From a virus (lineage: Duplodnaviria; Caudoviricetes): a DNA stretch of 40,964 nt. This document shows positions 1 to 9,718 of the stretch, one piece after another. The notes under the pieces were generated by a model. That model made no database searches and was not told the DNA's origin. It was given only the letters and a program-made list of their open reading frames with translations. Made by a program: the position numbers and the translations under genes. The stretch covers positions 1-40,964 of IMG/VR virus record IMGVR_UViG_3300002092_000011, one strand, 5' to 3'. Within the stretch, counting starts at the first letter, position 1; every line of letters starts with the position of its first letter.

Positions 1-95
1 TAAATCATGTTTCGTCGATAGTGACCGCCGGGATTTGTCTCAACTACCGTAGAATTTCTAATTCCAATCTGATGCATCACGTCCGCCGTAGTAAC
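1..95. repeat. 95-bp direct terminal repeat, copy 1 (circular assembly overlap)
   Basis: 1-95 (taaatcatgt...gtagtaac) is identical to 40870-40964, and an ORF reads in frame through the join. Confidence 0.95.
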
Positions 96-980
96 GTCTC
101 CGAATATTAGAGCGGCCTTAAGCGACGTAACAGAACCAATGCTGTTAGCGACAAGAACGTCATCAGTCGTCGATACCATACAGTGAGGGCACGATCCGCC
201 AAACTCACCGGTTAGTTTTTGGAAATACCAGTTGGCCGGGTCTGGGTCGGTGTCGACGAGCGTATAGACGCCAAAGGGGTATTTAATGAGATAAAGAACG
301 CCCCGAAAATCAATTGCATCTACGATCGTCTCTGAGTCGCCGGGATAGCACTGATAAATTATTGGAGTCGTCAAAAAATCTTCATGGTCAGTGCCGGAGG
401 AAACATAAACACTATGCGGGGAATTTTGATTACCCCAGGCCATATGAAGGTTTCGGTGAATAATTCCACCGATCGGTTGATAGGTGCCTGACCAGTCGGC
501 CGGAGGCCTTTGAATGTTGTGCCTAAGCGCACTATTACCGCTGATTACTTGCACTGGGCTATAGCCGCTATAAATGAAAAGTTTTTTTACTCTTCCTTGG
601 TCTTCGGCGCCGCCCTCAATCATTGAGACGTAGGGAGACAACGTTAGATTGTCTGGCGCTAAGTTCAAAGGAACGGTCGGGTCTTTTGCGACGAGGGAGC
701 TATTAATTTGATCGGTCGCCCGCCAAATCCTACCGTCATTTAGGATTGCTACAATTCTTTGGGTGACTGAGTCTGGCCAAAAATCGAAAAAATATCTCAC
801 GCCACTCGGAAAGGGTGTGGAGTTAAACGCGATCGAGCCTGGTTCTGTTTCGATGCAGTCGTTTGAATAGGTGCAGTTGTAAGCGCGGGTCAGAGCGCCT
901 ACCGGAACCTTTGACGATGGGGCATCAGTAAAAAGCCCCCGAGAACCGAATTCAATTGGAAATTTAGCCCCTGAGTACAT
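1..980 (-). CDS. Tail nozzle / stabilization protein (tail tubular protein B-like), 5' part; continues across the junction to 40188 (about 553 aa total)
   Basis: Not in ORF track. ATG at 980 (MYSGAKFPIEFGSRGLFTD...) stays open to position 1 and is in frame with ORF 40188..40949 (980-80=900). Beta-propeller-like sequence located between adaptor and tail fibre. Confidence 0.75.
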   Translation of the reverse strand, partial: MYSGAKFPIEFGSRGLFTDAPSSKVPVGALTRAYNCTYSNDCIETEPGSIAFNSTPFPSGVRYFFDFWPDSVTQRIVAILNDGRIWRATDQINSSLVAKDPTVPLNLAPDNLTLSPYVSMIEGGAEDQGRVKKLFIYSGYSPVQVISGNSALRHNIQRPPADWSGTYQPIGGIIHRNLHMAWGNQNSPHSVYVSSGTDHEDFLTTPIIYQCYPGDSETIVDAIDFRGVLYLIKYPFGVYTLVDTDPDPANWYFQKLTGEFGGSCPHCMVSTTDDVLVANSIGSVTSLKAALIFGDVTTADVMHQIGIRNSTVVETNPGGHYRRNMI

Positions 981-983
981 TCA

Positions 984-1952
984 TTAATAGATTAACCAGT
1001 TCTTGTATCTCTGGTCATCTAACCTCGGGGTTAATCTTCCGTAGGCCTTATCAGTGGTAACGTCATTTTTGTTCTCGGCAAGTTGCATGGCCTTAAGAAG
1101 AGCTTTTGTTTGGTTGAAGAAATAAGCCGCTTTGGTGTCGTTGCTTTTTGAAATGTGCAGGTAATGAGCGGCGCCGAACTCTAAAATTTTTCTGAACTCT
1201 CTTGGAATTAATGGAACATTGTCGTCGGAGTCGACAAGGTCTGGTTGCGCTAAAATTACGTCGTAATCAACTTTGGTTTGCGTTGTGGTGTACTTATTGA
1301 CGAACACATTCCATGTTGTTTCTGAGCGAGAATAGGTTGTGAATTTAGATGGGATGCCACTGCGAAGGCACCGCAAGGGGAATTTTTCTCGGAAGGTGTC
1401 TAAATCCATTCCGTAAATTCGGCCCTCATCCTCTTCCCGCTCTAATTCTTCTAATTGTCGATTCACGTAAATCCGCAAAGGCTCGACTAGGCGTAAAATT
1501 CCCGTTCCTAAATTGTAAGACAATGGGATGGAATTAAAAGCGGCAGTCCCATTGGTTGTCTCAACGTAGGTTTGATCGAGGGTGAAGGCGGTCATGCCGG
1601 CCGTATGCGTGCTAATCACATAGTAGGTTGGCATTCCGGTAATTAAAAGATACCGACCCGCTTGGCTAGCCGCAGGGGCAACAGAAAACGCCCCCGCCGA
1701 AGATCCGTTGGTTACCGAGACGGTTCCGGTGCTATAGGGGACTTCGAGCAATAGGGTTTTTGAGGTTCTAGCCCAAACCCAACAATCCCCAATATCGGGA
1801 TCGAATTCGTTGCTACCGCTTAGAACTGATTTGTAGACGCTATCGACGTATTTTAGAGCGAGCGCGTGGAGCGGGGATGTGCCGTCAGTGGCTTCCCCGG
1901 CATTGAACAGAGCCCCTTTGACGAGGTCTGATGTTGAATAACTGTTGGCCAT
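984..1952 (-). CDS. Head-tail adaptor (tail tubular protein A-like) with an inserted beta-rich domain
   Basis: Position before nozzle; C-terminal PLIPREFRKILEFGAAHY resembles podovirus adaptors; Thr/Gly-rich insert (GTVSVTNGSS...). Confidence 0.6.
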   Translation of the reverse strand: MANSYSTSDLVKGALFNAGEATDGTSPLHALALKYVDSVYKSVLSGSNEFDPDIGDCWVWARTSKTLLLEVPYSTGTVSVTNGSSAGAFSVAPAASQAGRYLLITGMPTYYVISTHTAGMTAFTLDQTYVETTNGTAAFNSIPLSYNLGTGILRLVEPLRIYVNRQLEELEREEDEGRIYGMDLDTFREKFPLRCLRSGIPSKFTTYSRSETTWNVFVNKYTTTQTKVDYDVILAQPDLVDSDDNVPLIPREFRKILEFGAAHYLHISKSNDTKAAYFFNQTKALLKAMQLAENKNDVTTDKAYGRLTPRLDDQRYKNWLIY

Positions 1953-1964
1953 AGTTTCCTAGCT

Positions 1965-2699
1965 TCATACAGTGACGTAGTAACAGCCAATATCGTTTGC
2001 CGCGTTCGCCGTTCCGAAATAAGGGAAAATGGTTTCGCCGGACTGCAAAATAAAAGGATCATCAGTCGGGAATGAAAGCTGTAAGCCGGCGTTCGCCGGT
2101 AGGGCAACTTGGAGGTCCATGAACTCAGCAACCCAAACCTTAGTGATCGCTACGGCGCCGGCCGGGGCGGTCGTCGAAATTACCTGAAGCGAGTACATGC
2201 TCGAGTCTAGGGCCGCGTTTCCGCCTTTTGCTGCGTCAATCGGGCTTCGGGCTACAATGTAAATATCGCCTGTGGTCGTGTAAGCCGGAACTTCGATCGT
2301 GGTCAAAACCGCGAAGGTTGTGCCGTTATAATATTTATAGGTGAAAGTTCCGCCGGTTTGTCCGGTCGAAATGGTCATGCCAATCAAGCCGATCTGGCGT
2401 TTCGATTGGATATAAAACCCATCGTTGTTCGTTCCAGAGAAGATATTGGTCGCCGTGCCGGCGTCAACCGCCGCCGTGACTTCGGTGAAGACCGATCCGC
2501 TTGTGGCGAACTGGAATACTTTATAGCCGCCCGGAGCGAGCTTTCGGCAAATGCCAACCGTGTTGGTCCCGCTTGTGTTGTTGTGGGCTCTAGCGTTAAA
2601 AACCGCTAATTGGGCATTACTAGAAATGCCAACCGTGGCCTCTTTCCCCTTAGATGGGTATGCCGAAAAATAATTAAGAGCGCGGCTTCGAACTGACAT
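1965..2699 (-). CDS. Putative virion structural protein
   Basis: 244 aa, T/G/A-rich beta composition, inside head-tail operon. Confidence 0.55.
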   Translation of the reverse strand: MSVRSRALNYFSAYPSKGKEATVGISSNAQLAVFNARAHNNTSGTNTVGICRKLAPGGYKVFQFATSGSVFTEVTAAVDAGTATNIFSGTNNDGFYIQSKRQIGLIGMTISTGQTGGTFTYKYYNGTTFAVLTTIEVPAYTTTGDIYIVARSPIDAAKGGNAALDSSMYSLQVISTTAPAGAVAITKVWVAEFMDLQVALPANAGLQLSFPTDDPFILQSGETIFPYFGTANAANDIGCYYVTV

Positions 2700-2901
2700 T
2701 TTTTTCCGCTTCCTTAGGTTCCGCCAAAATTGAAGGCGTCACTGGTTTTTCGGCAGGTGTGCCATCCGGATGATATTTAATGCCATCACGGAAAAAGAAA
2801 GTGCCGTCTTCTTTCGAGACGTGTAACCGGTATGGCTGATGCTTAATCATCTTCCCGGTTTTTGGATCAACGATATGCGTGCGTACATCAAACTCGGACA
2901 T
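2674..2901 (-). CDS. Hypothetical protein in head operon
   Basis: 75 aa, GGGGG RBS upstream, packed in operon. Confidence 0.6.
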   Translation of the reverse strand: MSEFDVRTHIVDPKTGKMIKHQPYRLHVSKEDGTFFFRDGIKYHPDGTPAEKPVTPSILAEPKEAEKNVSSKPRS

Positions 2902-2910
2902 TCAAACCCC

Positions 2911-3399
2911 CTACCAACCGATAACTTCGCACTGAAGGACTTGAGATGCAATAGCAACCGTTGAGGGTTGAGCCCCAACCTGTCCGGCTACCGCCACGAC
3001 TCCGCCATTCGCGCCGCTTCCAGTGACGGTTAAATCACCGCCAGTGTTGGCGCCTAACAGATTAGCCCCGGCGTTTACGCGAGTGGTAGTGCCATCAGCC
3101 ACGGCCGCATTTTTCAAAAGAAGGTCGTGCGTGTGCGCGGCCGTTCCCTGAATGGCTACTAGCTTTTGGTTTACCCGGTCGAAGCTCCAAGAATAACCAG
3201 AAGTCCCCGCGCCTATGATGCTGACCGATTCGACCACGTTTGGACACCCTAAGGCGCCCCCAGAGATCGGAACTCCGCCAGCGCCGTAGGTTTTCACCCC
3301 GTCGCCAAACGTCAAACTCACAAGATTGTGAGATCGACCTTCAACTCGGCGTTTTTGAATAAAGGCTACCGTAATATCGGCGGCCACTAAGTTAGCCAT
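2911..3399 (-). CDS. Putative minor capsid/decoration protein
   Basis: 162 aa, GGAGG RBS, G/A/V-rich, second gene after the major capsid gene. Confidence 0.55.
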   Translation of the reverse strand: MANLVAADITVAFIQKRRVEGRSHNLVSLTFGDGVKTYGAGGVPISGGALGCPNVVESVSIIGAGTSGYSWSFDRVNQKLVAIQGTAAHTHDLLLKNAAVADGTTTRVNAGANLLGANTGGDLTVTGSGANGGVVAVAGQVGAQPSTVAIASQVLQCEVIGW

Positions 3400-3417
3400 T
3401 AGAAACCTCCAAAAGGT

Positions 3418-3852
3418 TTAGGCGCTTGCGATCATTTTGGTCTGATTCAGAGCGACTTCAGGGTCATAATCCGCTTCGAGAACCAAAAACGCGCTACCAG
3501 AACTTGTCGCGGCAGTCGTTACGTTCAAGAGGATATGATCCCCAATCACGCAGTTGGCCGGCGTAATGTCCTTGTAGACGATGTTGTTGATCGCTTGGGT
3601 CGCCGGGATCGTAATCGTTCCAATGACCGTTTGCGTGGTCACAGAGTTCAACACGGTCGATCGGATAACCTGAACGACAACCGGGGCCGAAGAGTTCATG
3701 ACGATCGTTACGTAGAGACCGACTCGAGTAATTCGAACGTTCTGAACGCAAAGATAGCTCATGGCGCTCGCGGGGATACCCGTTGAGGCCATGGAAGCTC
3801 CGGCTAGAGTTCCAAACTGAATGAGCGCAGGGCTCTTTTTTTCATAAGCCAT
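3418..3852 (-). CDS. Putative capsid decoration/cement protein
   Basis: 144 aa beta-rich ORF immediately after the major capsid gene, AAGGGG RBS. Confidence 0.55.
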   Translation of the reverse strand: MAYEKKSPALIQFGTLAGASMASTGIPASAMSYLCVQNVRITRVGLYVTIVMNSSAPVVVQVIRSTVLNSVTTQTVIGTITIPATQAINNIVYKDITPANCVIGDHILLNVTTAATSSGSAFLVLEADYDPEVALNQTKMIASA

Positions 3853-3866
3853 TTTTATCCCCTTTA

Positions 3867-4814
3867 TTACGTTGAAGTGAGGTGAATGATTCGGGCTTCA
3901 CCGGCATTCGCCGTAGTCCAAACCACACCAAAATTTAGAATTCCGTACCAGGCTACGCCCCGGCTACGGCCGTAATCCGAAGGGATTTTGGCTCGCAATT
4001 CCGGATCTTCCGCAACGGCCATCGCGACCGCGTCGGTTCCGAAGAAAATCGCTTCGCCGCATACGCCGTTGAGACCTTTGGAACCCGAAAGGGCGCCAGT
4101 GTTATTGATCTCAATGAAGCGGATATTTTCCATTCGGCCAATTTCCGAATTGTACTTTGCTTCAGGGTCCGTATATCGGTGCCAGGGTTCCCAGGCCGGA
4201 TCGGAGATGACGCCACGTTTGGCTTTGGTCGAGACCAAACCAATGTAGTCGTCGCCCTCGTAAGGCGGGATTAAAAGAGTCGTGTACATGTAATCGCGGA
4301 TTTGTTCCACGTGGTACATGTCCAAGTTCGCAACCGCTTGCTGCGTTGCAGCGCCGCCGGTGTCGAAATTGATGCTCGAAACGCCAGTGGCTTCGGCCTT
4401 AATTTGACCCGTTTTGAAAGCCGCGAAAACCGCGTTATCCAAAACAACCTTCATTTGGTCGCGAAGGGCGCGTTGAACAATGTTTTGCATGTTGAAGGCG
4501 CTTAAATCATCAGAGAGAGAGGTGTAGGGCACCGAACGTCCCCATTCGTTCACGGTCACGGCAACAGTCGTGATGCTTAGAACGTCTTCAGGGATTGAGA
4601 TGTTTTCGGTCAACACACCAGAGGTAGGCACCGTTAGGGCCGACACTCGGGAGATCGTGATCGATTCGCCCTTTTTCTTGCCGTAGCCGGGCTCGGGCGT
4701 CACGAACTGAAGGCCCTTCGTTTCCGCGATTGCCGCGTAGCGAAGCTGTTCGCTCATTTCGTGGTTTTTGTACACGCCTGTGGGGGCGTCAAAACTCCAA
4801 GTTTGTTCGGCCAT
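3867..4814 (-). CDS. Major capsid protein (HK97 fold, N4-gp56-like family)
   Basis: GKKKGESITISR...LTE...TVNEWG...TSLSD N-terminal pattern, SEIGRMENIRFIE and DYGRSRGVAWYG motifs; GGAG RBS; follows scaffold. Confidence 0.88.
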   Translation of the reverse strand: MAEQTWSFDAPTGVYKNHEMSEQLRYAAIAETKGLQFVTPEPGYGKKKGESITISRVSALTVPTSGVLTENISIPEDVLSITTVAVTVNEWGRSVPYTSLSDDLSAFNMQNIVQRALRDQMKVVLDNAVFAAFKTGQIKAEATGVSSINFDTGGAATQQAVANLDMYHVEQIRDYMYTTLLIPPYEGDDYIGLVSTKAKRGVISDPAWEPWHRYTDPEAKYNSEIGRMENIRFIEINNTGALSGSKGLNGVCGEAIFFGTDAVAMAVAEDPELRAKIPSDYGRSRGVAWYGILNFGVVWTTANAGEARIIHLTST

Positions 4815-4830
4815 GGTCTATTCTCTCCTA

Positions 4831-5529
4831 TTAGTGAACTCGTCCCCTTTTGGAGTTCAAAGTTCTAACTTGTTCTGCGAAATTTTTAGGACCAGTGGGA
4901 GCTTTGTCGCCACTGGGTTGGATATGAGGTGAGCCACTCGTTCCAAGGTTTACCGGGGTTCCTTTGGGAAGCTCGGTAATCGTGGTGTTCTCACTTCCCC
5001 TTATCGTCGATAAAAAGGACCGGACTTCACTAGCCAGCCTTTTTTGCCCCTCTTCTTTAGGTAAGTTCGTAAGTTCAGGTAACTTATCCTTAAGAATTAA
5101 TTGTACGGCTCTTTCGTGCGCTTTCAAATCAGAATTCGCGCTATAAAATTCAGACCAGAACGTCTCTTGTCGAGTTTTTTGTTCTTCCTTCTGGTGAATT
5201 TTGCCAAGTATTCGATTTTCAAGGATTTGAGCGGCTTGCTCGGCATCCGTATAAAGCACGTCTTCAAACTTTGGTTCGATCGCTTTAGGGGCAGTCGGGA
5301 GGATCTGAGTGGGTAAAATCTTGGTTTTGAGATCGTGGTTCTCTCTCTCGAGTCGCTCGGCTAGCTGTTTTAATTCTTCGGGAGACTTTGCTTCACTGAA
5401 GGGGCCTTTGTAGAAAGGCTCGTTGTGTTCCGGGGGCGCGGCTTCAACTTTAGGTTCCACTTTCGGGGGCGCCTGCGGAATGATGGGATTTGTCTCTGCC
5501 GGGCTTCCGGTCGTCACTTGTACTTCCAT
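4831..5529 (-). CDS. Capsid scaffolding protein
   Basis: P/E-rich N-terminus, coiled-coil middle, basic C-terminus; lies between portal and capsid genes. Confidence 0.7.
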   Translation of the reverse strand: MEVQVTTGSPAETNPIIPQAPPKVEPKVEAAPPEHNEPFYKGPFSEAKSPEELKQLAERLERENHDLKTKILPTQILPTAPKAIEPKFEDVLYTDAEQAAQILENRILGKIHQKEEQKTRQETFWSEFYSANSDLKAHERAVQLILKDKLPELTNLPKEEGQKRLASEVRSFLSTIRGSENTTITELPKGTPVNLGTSGSPHIQPSGDKAPTGPKNFAEQVRTLNSKRGRVH

Positions 5530-5786
5530 TAGATTATCTCTTTCGCTATTTGTTCAGACACCGAGATTTTCGCTTTTAGGAGATCCTCAATGTCAACAAG
5601 GGTACACAATTTTGCTACGCTTGCAACAAGCTTTGCTTCGCTTACCTCGCCACTCCTGAAAACCATTTGCTGTTCGGCGAGGATATTTTCGCGAACTTCT
5701 TTAAAAATAGGGGCCATTTCGGAAAGCAAAAAATAGGCTCGCTTCCCCTCATTCATTAGACTGACTTGTTCTTCGCTAATAGACAT
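5529..5786 (-). CDS. Small helical protein between portal and scaffold
   Basis: 85 aa, translationally coupled; usual syntenic slot in podoviruses. Confidence 0.6.
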   Translation of the reverse strand: MSISEEQVSLMNEGKRAYFLLSEMAPIFKEVRENILAEQQMVFRSGEVSEAKLVASVAKLCTLVDIEDLLKAKISVSEQIAKEII

Positions 5787-7760
5787 TTAAGGTGCCGTCA
5801 TTCCTTGGTTCATCGCGGCCATTGGGGCCGAGCTTCCGTTTTCAGGTTTTGTTGCGCTAGCCTGGGGTATCTGCGATTGGGGATTTGAGCCCCTTCCGCC
5901 TTGTGTGTTTCCTTTTGCGTTTTGGGCTTGAGCTTGCGCTTCGGCCTGCATCTTCATTTCGGCCATTCGTTGCGCTTGCTCTTGGGCGGTCATCTTAATT
6001 TTGTCTTCATCAATGTCGAGCGATTTTACGATCTCACCCAATAATCGAGTGATTGAATAGTCTCTAGTGAACTCCTGAATCATCATGGGCGAGCTTCCAA
6101 TGGATTGGAGTAGCGCTTGGATTTTTCTAAAGTCTTGAATTTTATTTAGGGTCTGAGATAGCCCGAAGACTTTATATTTCTTTCCAACCGCAGTTCGAGC
6201 AAAAAGCTCTTCATTGGGTGTGTTGGCTAAAATTTTAGCTCGCTCAACTCCAATAAGTGCCGACACGTCATTACTGTCTAGGTCGTTCATGTTTTGGGCC
6301 ATCGTCATCCAAGATTTTTCTAGGATTTTCGAAACCCAGTTTTCTTCAATGAGTTTTACGACGCCGTTAAGGACGCCGGTAATGGTCTGGTTGCTAGCCA
6401 CAACTTCAGTAGCCTTAACCGCTCTTTGAGCAAGCGAGCCCATTCTAGTGTCGTTGGTGAGCGCACTTTGTTGAAACTCCCTATCTGACATATTGAAAAG
6501 TTGGATGGCCTCTTGGCTCATTCCGCCGGTATCTAGTCTTTCAACTACCTTGCCTCCAGTAGGGCAGGCATTGTTCACCTGCAAAGCCATTCCCGGTCTA
6601 ATACCGTCGGAAACTTGCGCGGGATTTTTAAGCCAGTTAATTCTAATTTGTTTGATGCCGTAAACGGAAGTCATGGCATCGTCGAGCATTAAGTTATAAA
6701 GCTCGTTAAGCGCGGTTCCTAGTCTGGTTGGCGCGTCCATTAAGGCTTTGTGCCAAACGGAATGGGGAACGTGCTGTAAATAACCGACAACAAATGGAGA
6801 CTCTTCGTGCCAGTTTGGATTTGGTCTCGGCGGGATAATAACGTTACCGTTTAAGTCGATCGCCGCGACGTGGTTCTCAAATAAAATCTCACCAGTGAAG
6901 GGTTGAATGAAAGTTCCCCAGCACTCGTAAATTGTTACAATTTTTCGAAACGTCGAAAACGTTACGTTCTGGTTGGTTTCTCTCGATTTTTTTGCTTTTT
7001 GCAAATCGTCCTGTGAGCCTTGAATTCTTTTCACTGCCTCGAGATCGAAATAGGCGGGATGCTTTTTCGCCATCTTGAGAAGTTCGTGGTAGTCCATTTC
7101 GATTCGTTGAATCTCATAGAGCTTTCGTCCGGAAGGGTCAGGAAACCAATCCTCTTGGCGGAGCAATCCCAATTCTAATTGCCAAACTTCTTTGGTCTTC
7201 TTTTTAAGTCTTTTCTTCCCAACTTCGTTTTCAACGTCTTCGGTAAAATAGGTCGGGCTACTAATGTGTTTTCCGCCAACCTTAGCGACCATTAAGCTTC
7301 CCAAACAAGAAAGCGTTAACCCGTCTTGAACAAATTCAGAGAAACGGTTTTTTTGGGTTTGTCTTAGGAGAAGTTTTTCCATCTCCTTTGCCTTAATCAA
7401 AAGGGCATCGGGAGATGCGGCTGTGGGCTGGTCGGGGGCTTGGTCCGCCGGATCGGTAACACCGTCTTCATTTTCGATGCGAAACCAATCGCCTTGATCC
7501 ATGAGCCCTTGTTGGAGGAACGAGGTAAGTTGCCCAACAGCCATGGGCTGTTTCGGCAAAAACTCCATGCTCTGCCCTTTAACCTTGTGGCTATAATCTT
7601 GGCGGAGGTGATAGGCGTCATAGTTTTCTCGGTTTTGTACTCGCCGAGTTCTAGAGGCATATTCTGCTTCCTCTTTGTAGTTCCAAATTATTTGCGCGAT
7701 CTCAGCCCAACCTTCGGTATTGGGTTTCGCGTCCGGCGATGCATTTTCTTTTTCGCTCAT
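5787..7760 (-). CDS. Portal protein
   Basis: 657 aa directly after TerL; NPNWHEESPFVV, LNELYNLMLD, KATEV motifs and Q/A-rich C-terminal coil. Confidence 0.88.
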   Translation of the reverse strand: MSEKENASPDAKPNTEGWAEIAQIIWNYKEEAEYASRTRRVQNRENYDAYHLRQDYSHKVKGQSMEFLPKQPMAVGQLTSFLQQGLMDQGDWFRIENEDGVTDPADQAPDQPTAASPDALLIKAKEMEKLLLRQTQKNRFSEFVQDGLTLSCLGSLMVAKVGGKHISSPTYFTEDVENEVGKKRLKKKTKEVWQLELGLLRQEDWFPDPSGRKLYEIQRIEMDYHELLKMAKKHPAYFDLEAVKRIQGSQDDLQKAKKSRETNQNVTFSTFRKIVTIYECWGTFIQPFTGEILFENHVAAIDLNGNVIIPPRPNPNWHEESPFVVGYLQHVPHSVWHKALMDAPTRLGTALNELYNLMLDDAMTSVYGIKQIRINWLKNPAQVSDGIRPGMALQVNNACPTGGKVVERLDTGGMSQEAIQLFNMSDREFQQSALTNDTRMGSLAQRAVKATEVVASNQTITGVLNGVVKLIEENWVSKILEKSWMTMAQNMNDLDSNDVSALIGVERAKILANTPNEELFARTAVGKKYKVFGLSQTLNKIQDFRKIQALLQSIGSSPMMIQEFTRDYSITRLLGEIVKSLDIDEDKIKMTAQEQAQRMAEMKMQAEAQAQAQNAKGNTQGGRGSNPQSQIPQASATKPENGSSAPMAAMNQGMTAP

Positions 7761-8632
7761 CTCAAATCTCCCCCATTACCGTGGTCATGAAAACTATAGC
7801 TCGGGATCGGTATATCCTGGATATATTCCTGAGTGGTCTGTAAGAGCCTGCTTGCAATATACTGTAACGCATCGTGAGGATGCGAGTGTGCATCTTTAAC
7901 GGGCCTAAGTTTATTAGGTTCGGCGTCAACCACTCTGTCCGGATAACGATAACCGCCTTGGAACCCGCGAGCAATCACTGGGCAGTTGGGTAAAGAGACC
8001 TTGAATGCCGGTCCCCGGTTAGTCCTTCGCACCAGAAAGTGCTCAACGCTCTTACGGCGCTCTTCCCAGGCAATAGCCCCCGGAATGATATTTTCAAACC
8101 CGTATTCGGTAATAATGTCCTGGCAGGTTGATTCGTCGGTGTCTTTTCTGAATTGCCCGGAAGGGTCAATAAAACAAAGGTAGTCTTTTCGAAAGTCTAA
8201 ATACTTCGGAAAGAACGTTCTAATCTCGGGGACGATTGTAGCCAGAAACCGTTCGGCACCCATGTTAAATGCAGTCCACTCTTTTAAAACACAAAGTGCC
8301 TCGTCCTGGTATTGCGCCACAACACAGGCCGGCGTTAATCCGAAGTCGAAACCAATAAGAAGGGGTAGGCCGATGAAGGGTTCAATCTCGGTCTTCACTC
8401 CGTGCGTATTTACGTCCCAGTCTTGATACACCGGAAGCCCTTCGAACGTGTCCCAGCAAATTTCATATTCCTGGTTCCATTTCGCGCGCGGCATACTCTT
8501 TCGGGTTTCCTCAAGCGCTTTAGGGTCTTTTTTGGATGGATCGGCGGAGTAGTGAAGCTGAAAAATGGTAAACCCGTTTTTGGGGTTCTTCCAAATCTCA
8601 AGCCCTGGAATTGGAAATTTATGTTCGACCAT
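7757..8632 (-). CDS. terL: Terminase large subunit, C-terminal part (ATPase lid plus RNase H-like nuclease)
   Basis: LHYSADP...WNQEYE, IGFDFG, FIDPSG and SHPHDALQY nuclease motifs. Confidence 0.88.
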   Translation of the reverse strand: MVEHKFPIPGLEIWKNPKNGFTIFQLHYSADPSKKDPKALEETRKSMPRAKWNQEYEICWDTFEGLPVYQDWDVNTHGVKTEIEPFIGLPLLIGFDFGLTPACVVAQYQDEALCVLKEWTAFNMGAERFLATIVPEIRTFFPKYLDFRKDYLCFIDPSGQFRKDTDESTCQDIITEYGFENIIPGAIAWEERRKSVEHFLVRRTNRGPAFKVSLPNCPVIARGFQGGYRYPDRVVDAEPNKLRPVKDAHSHPHDALQYIASRLLQTTQEYIQDIPIPSYSFHDHGNGGDLR

Positions 8633-9296
8633 GATGCTTCCCTGCCTCGAACTCGTCGAAAACTAATCTTTTGAAAAATCCCGGTGCGGCCGATGAAAGG
8701 CACACCACTTGTCCGCCGCCTTGGATAGTTGGGATAGCTGCCGCAAAAGATTCCTCGGCGTCGTCCCAGAAGGCCATCTCGTCAAACAACAACCGAGACA
8801 TGGTGTATTGCCGGAGTTGGTCTGCGCCGGAAGGGAAACCTTGAACGAGGGAGTCAATCTGCGGGAAGCGCAGTTTGGTATAAGTGCGCTCAAATTTTGG
8901 AACGAGATCCTTAGGAAGTCGGTCATAGTCGAGGTTTTCAACGATGAAGGCTGATTTTTGAACAAGCTCGTCACTGTCCTCTTCTTTTTTGGAGACCATT
9001 CCCTGATGGCGACCAATGTGAAACATGGCATCCCAAGTAAAAAGAGCAACGTTAGTCCACGTCATGATCATTCGACGTGACTTGGGGCAAGCAATTTTAT
9101 TGCAGTGCTGCCAAAGCCGAACGTAATACTGAATGTATGCCTTCTCCCATGGAAACGGTTTTATCGGCCGTTCTTTATCTGAAGGGTCTTTTGTCCGGAC
9201 ACATTTTAAGAATTCGATAGGGTCTAGGCGGATCTTTTCATAGCGCGCGAGAAGGTCTTCCTCGTCCGCGTAAATCCTGCCCTTTTCCCCTTCCAT
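8619..9296 (-). CDS. terL: Terminase large subunit, N-terminal ATPase part
   Basis: Deviant Walker A KSRRMIMTW, Walker B LLFDEMAF, coupling motif LSSA. Confidence 0.88.
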   Translation of the reverse strand: MEGEKGRIYADEEDLLARYEKIRLDPIEFLKCVRTKDPSDKERPIKPFPWEKAYIQYYVRLWQHCNKIACPKSRRMIMTWTNVALFTWDAMFHIGRHQGMVSKKEEDSDELVQKSAFIVENLDYDRLPKDLVPKFERTYTKLRFPQIDSLVQGFPSGADQLRQYTMSRLLFDEMAFWDDAEESFAAAIPTIQGGGQVVCLSSAAPGFFKRLVFDEFEAGKHHGRT

Positions 9297-9527
9297 CTAT
9301 TCTTTTTCGGCGAGTTCGGCTTTTTCTTTGCTCATTGCGGCCTTGGCGGGATTGCGTCCCATGCCTTTTGGGTTGCGCATTCCCATTGCCGAAGATTTTT
9401 TAGGGGAACCAACCTCTTGTCCGCCTAGCGCTGCCATGGGCTTAGAAATGTGCCCTTGGTGCAAGCTATCGAGCGGTTGTTTCGAGCTAGAAACGTCAAC
9501 TCCATGAATCATCATTCCGGAAGCCAT
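9297..9527 (-). CDS. Small protein with HG[VT]D motif (copy 3)
   Basis: MMIHGVDVSSSK; GGGG RBS. Confidence 0.6.
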   Translation of the reverse strand: MASGMMIHGVDVSSSKQPLDSLHQGHISKPMAALGGQEVGSPKKSSAMGMRNPKGMGRNPAKAAMSKEKAELAEKE

Positions 9528-9530
9528 TTT

Positions 9531-9716
9531 TTAATCCCCTTGTTTGTTGTTCGTTAAAGACTTGGCGCCAGTGGCGTTTTTGAAACCCTGAGAGATGGCA
9601 TTCGCTTTATCTTTGTCGATAATAGGTTCCGACATGGCAACTTGACGTGGTTTCGATTGCGCTAAATCAGAAACAGGAACCTTAACGCTTTCCATGTCTG
9701 TTCCGTGAATGTCCAT
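9531..9716 (-). CDS. Small protein with HG[VT]D motif (copy 2)
   Basis: MDIHGTDMESVK; AAGGA RBS. Confidence 0.6.
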   Translation of the reverse strand: MDIHGTDMESVKVPVSDLAQSKPRQVAMSEPIIDKDKANAISQGFKNATGAKSLTNNKQGD

Positions 9717-9718
9717 TT

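Noticed and set aside
8410-9049. ORFs 8410..8703 and 8663..9049 as a -1 frameshift bridge joining the TerL halves
   Set aside because: The C-terminal half is in the +1 frame relative to the ATPase half; these ORFs carry no terminase motifs and are shadow frames
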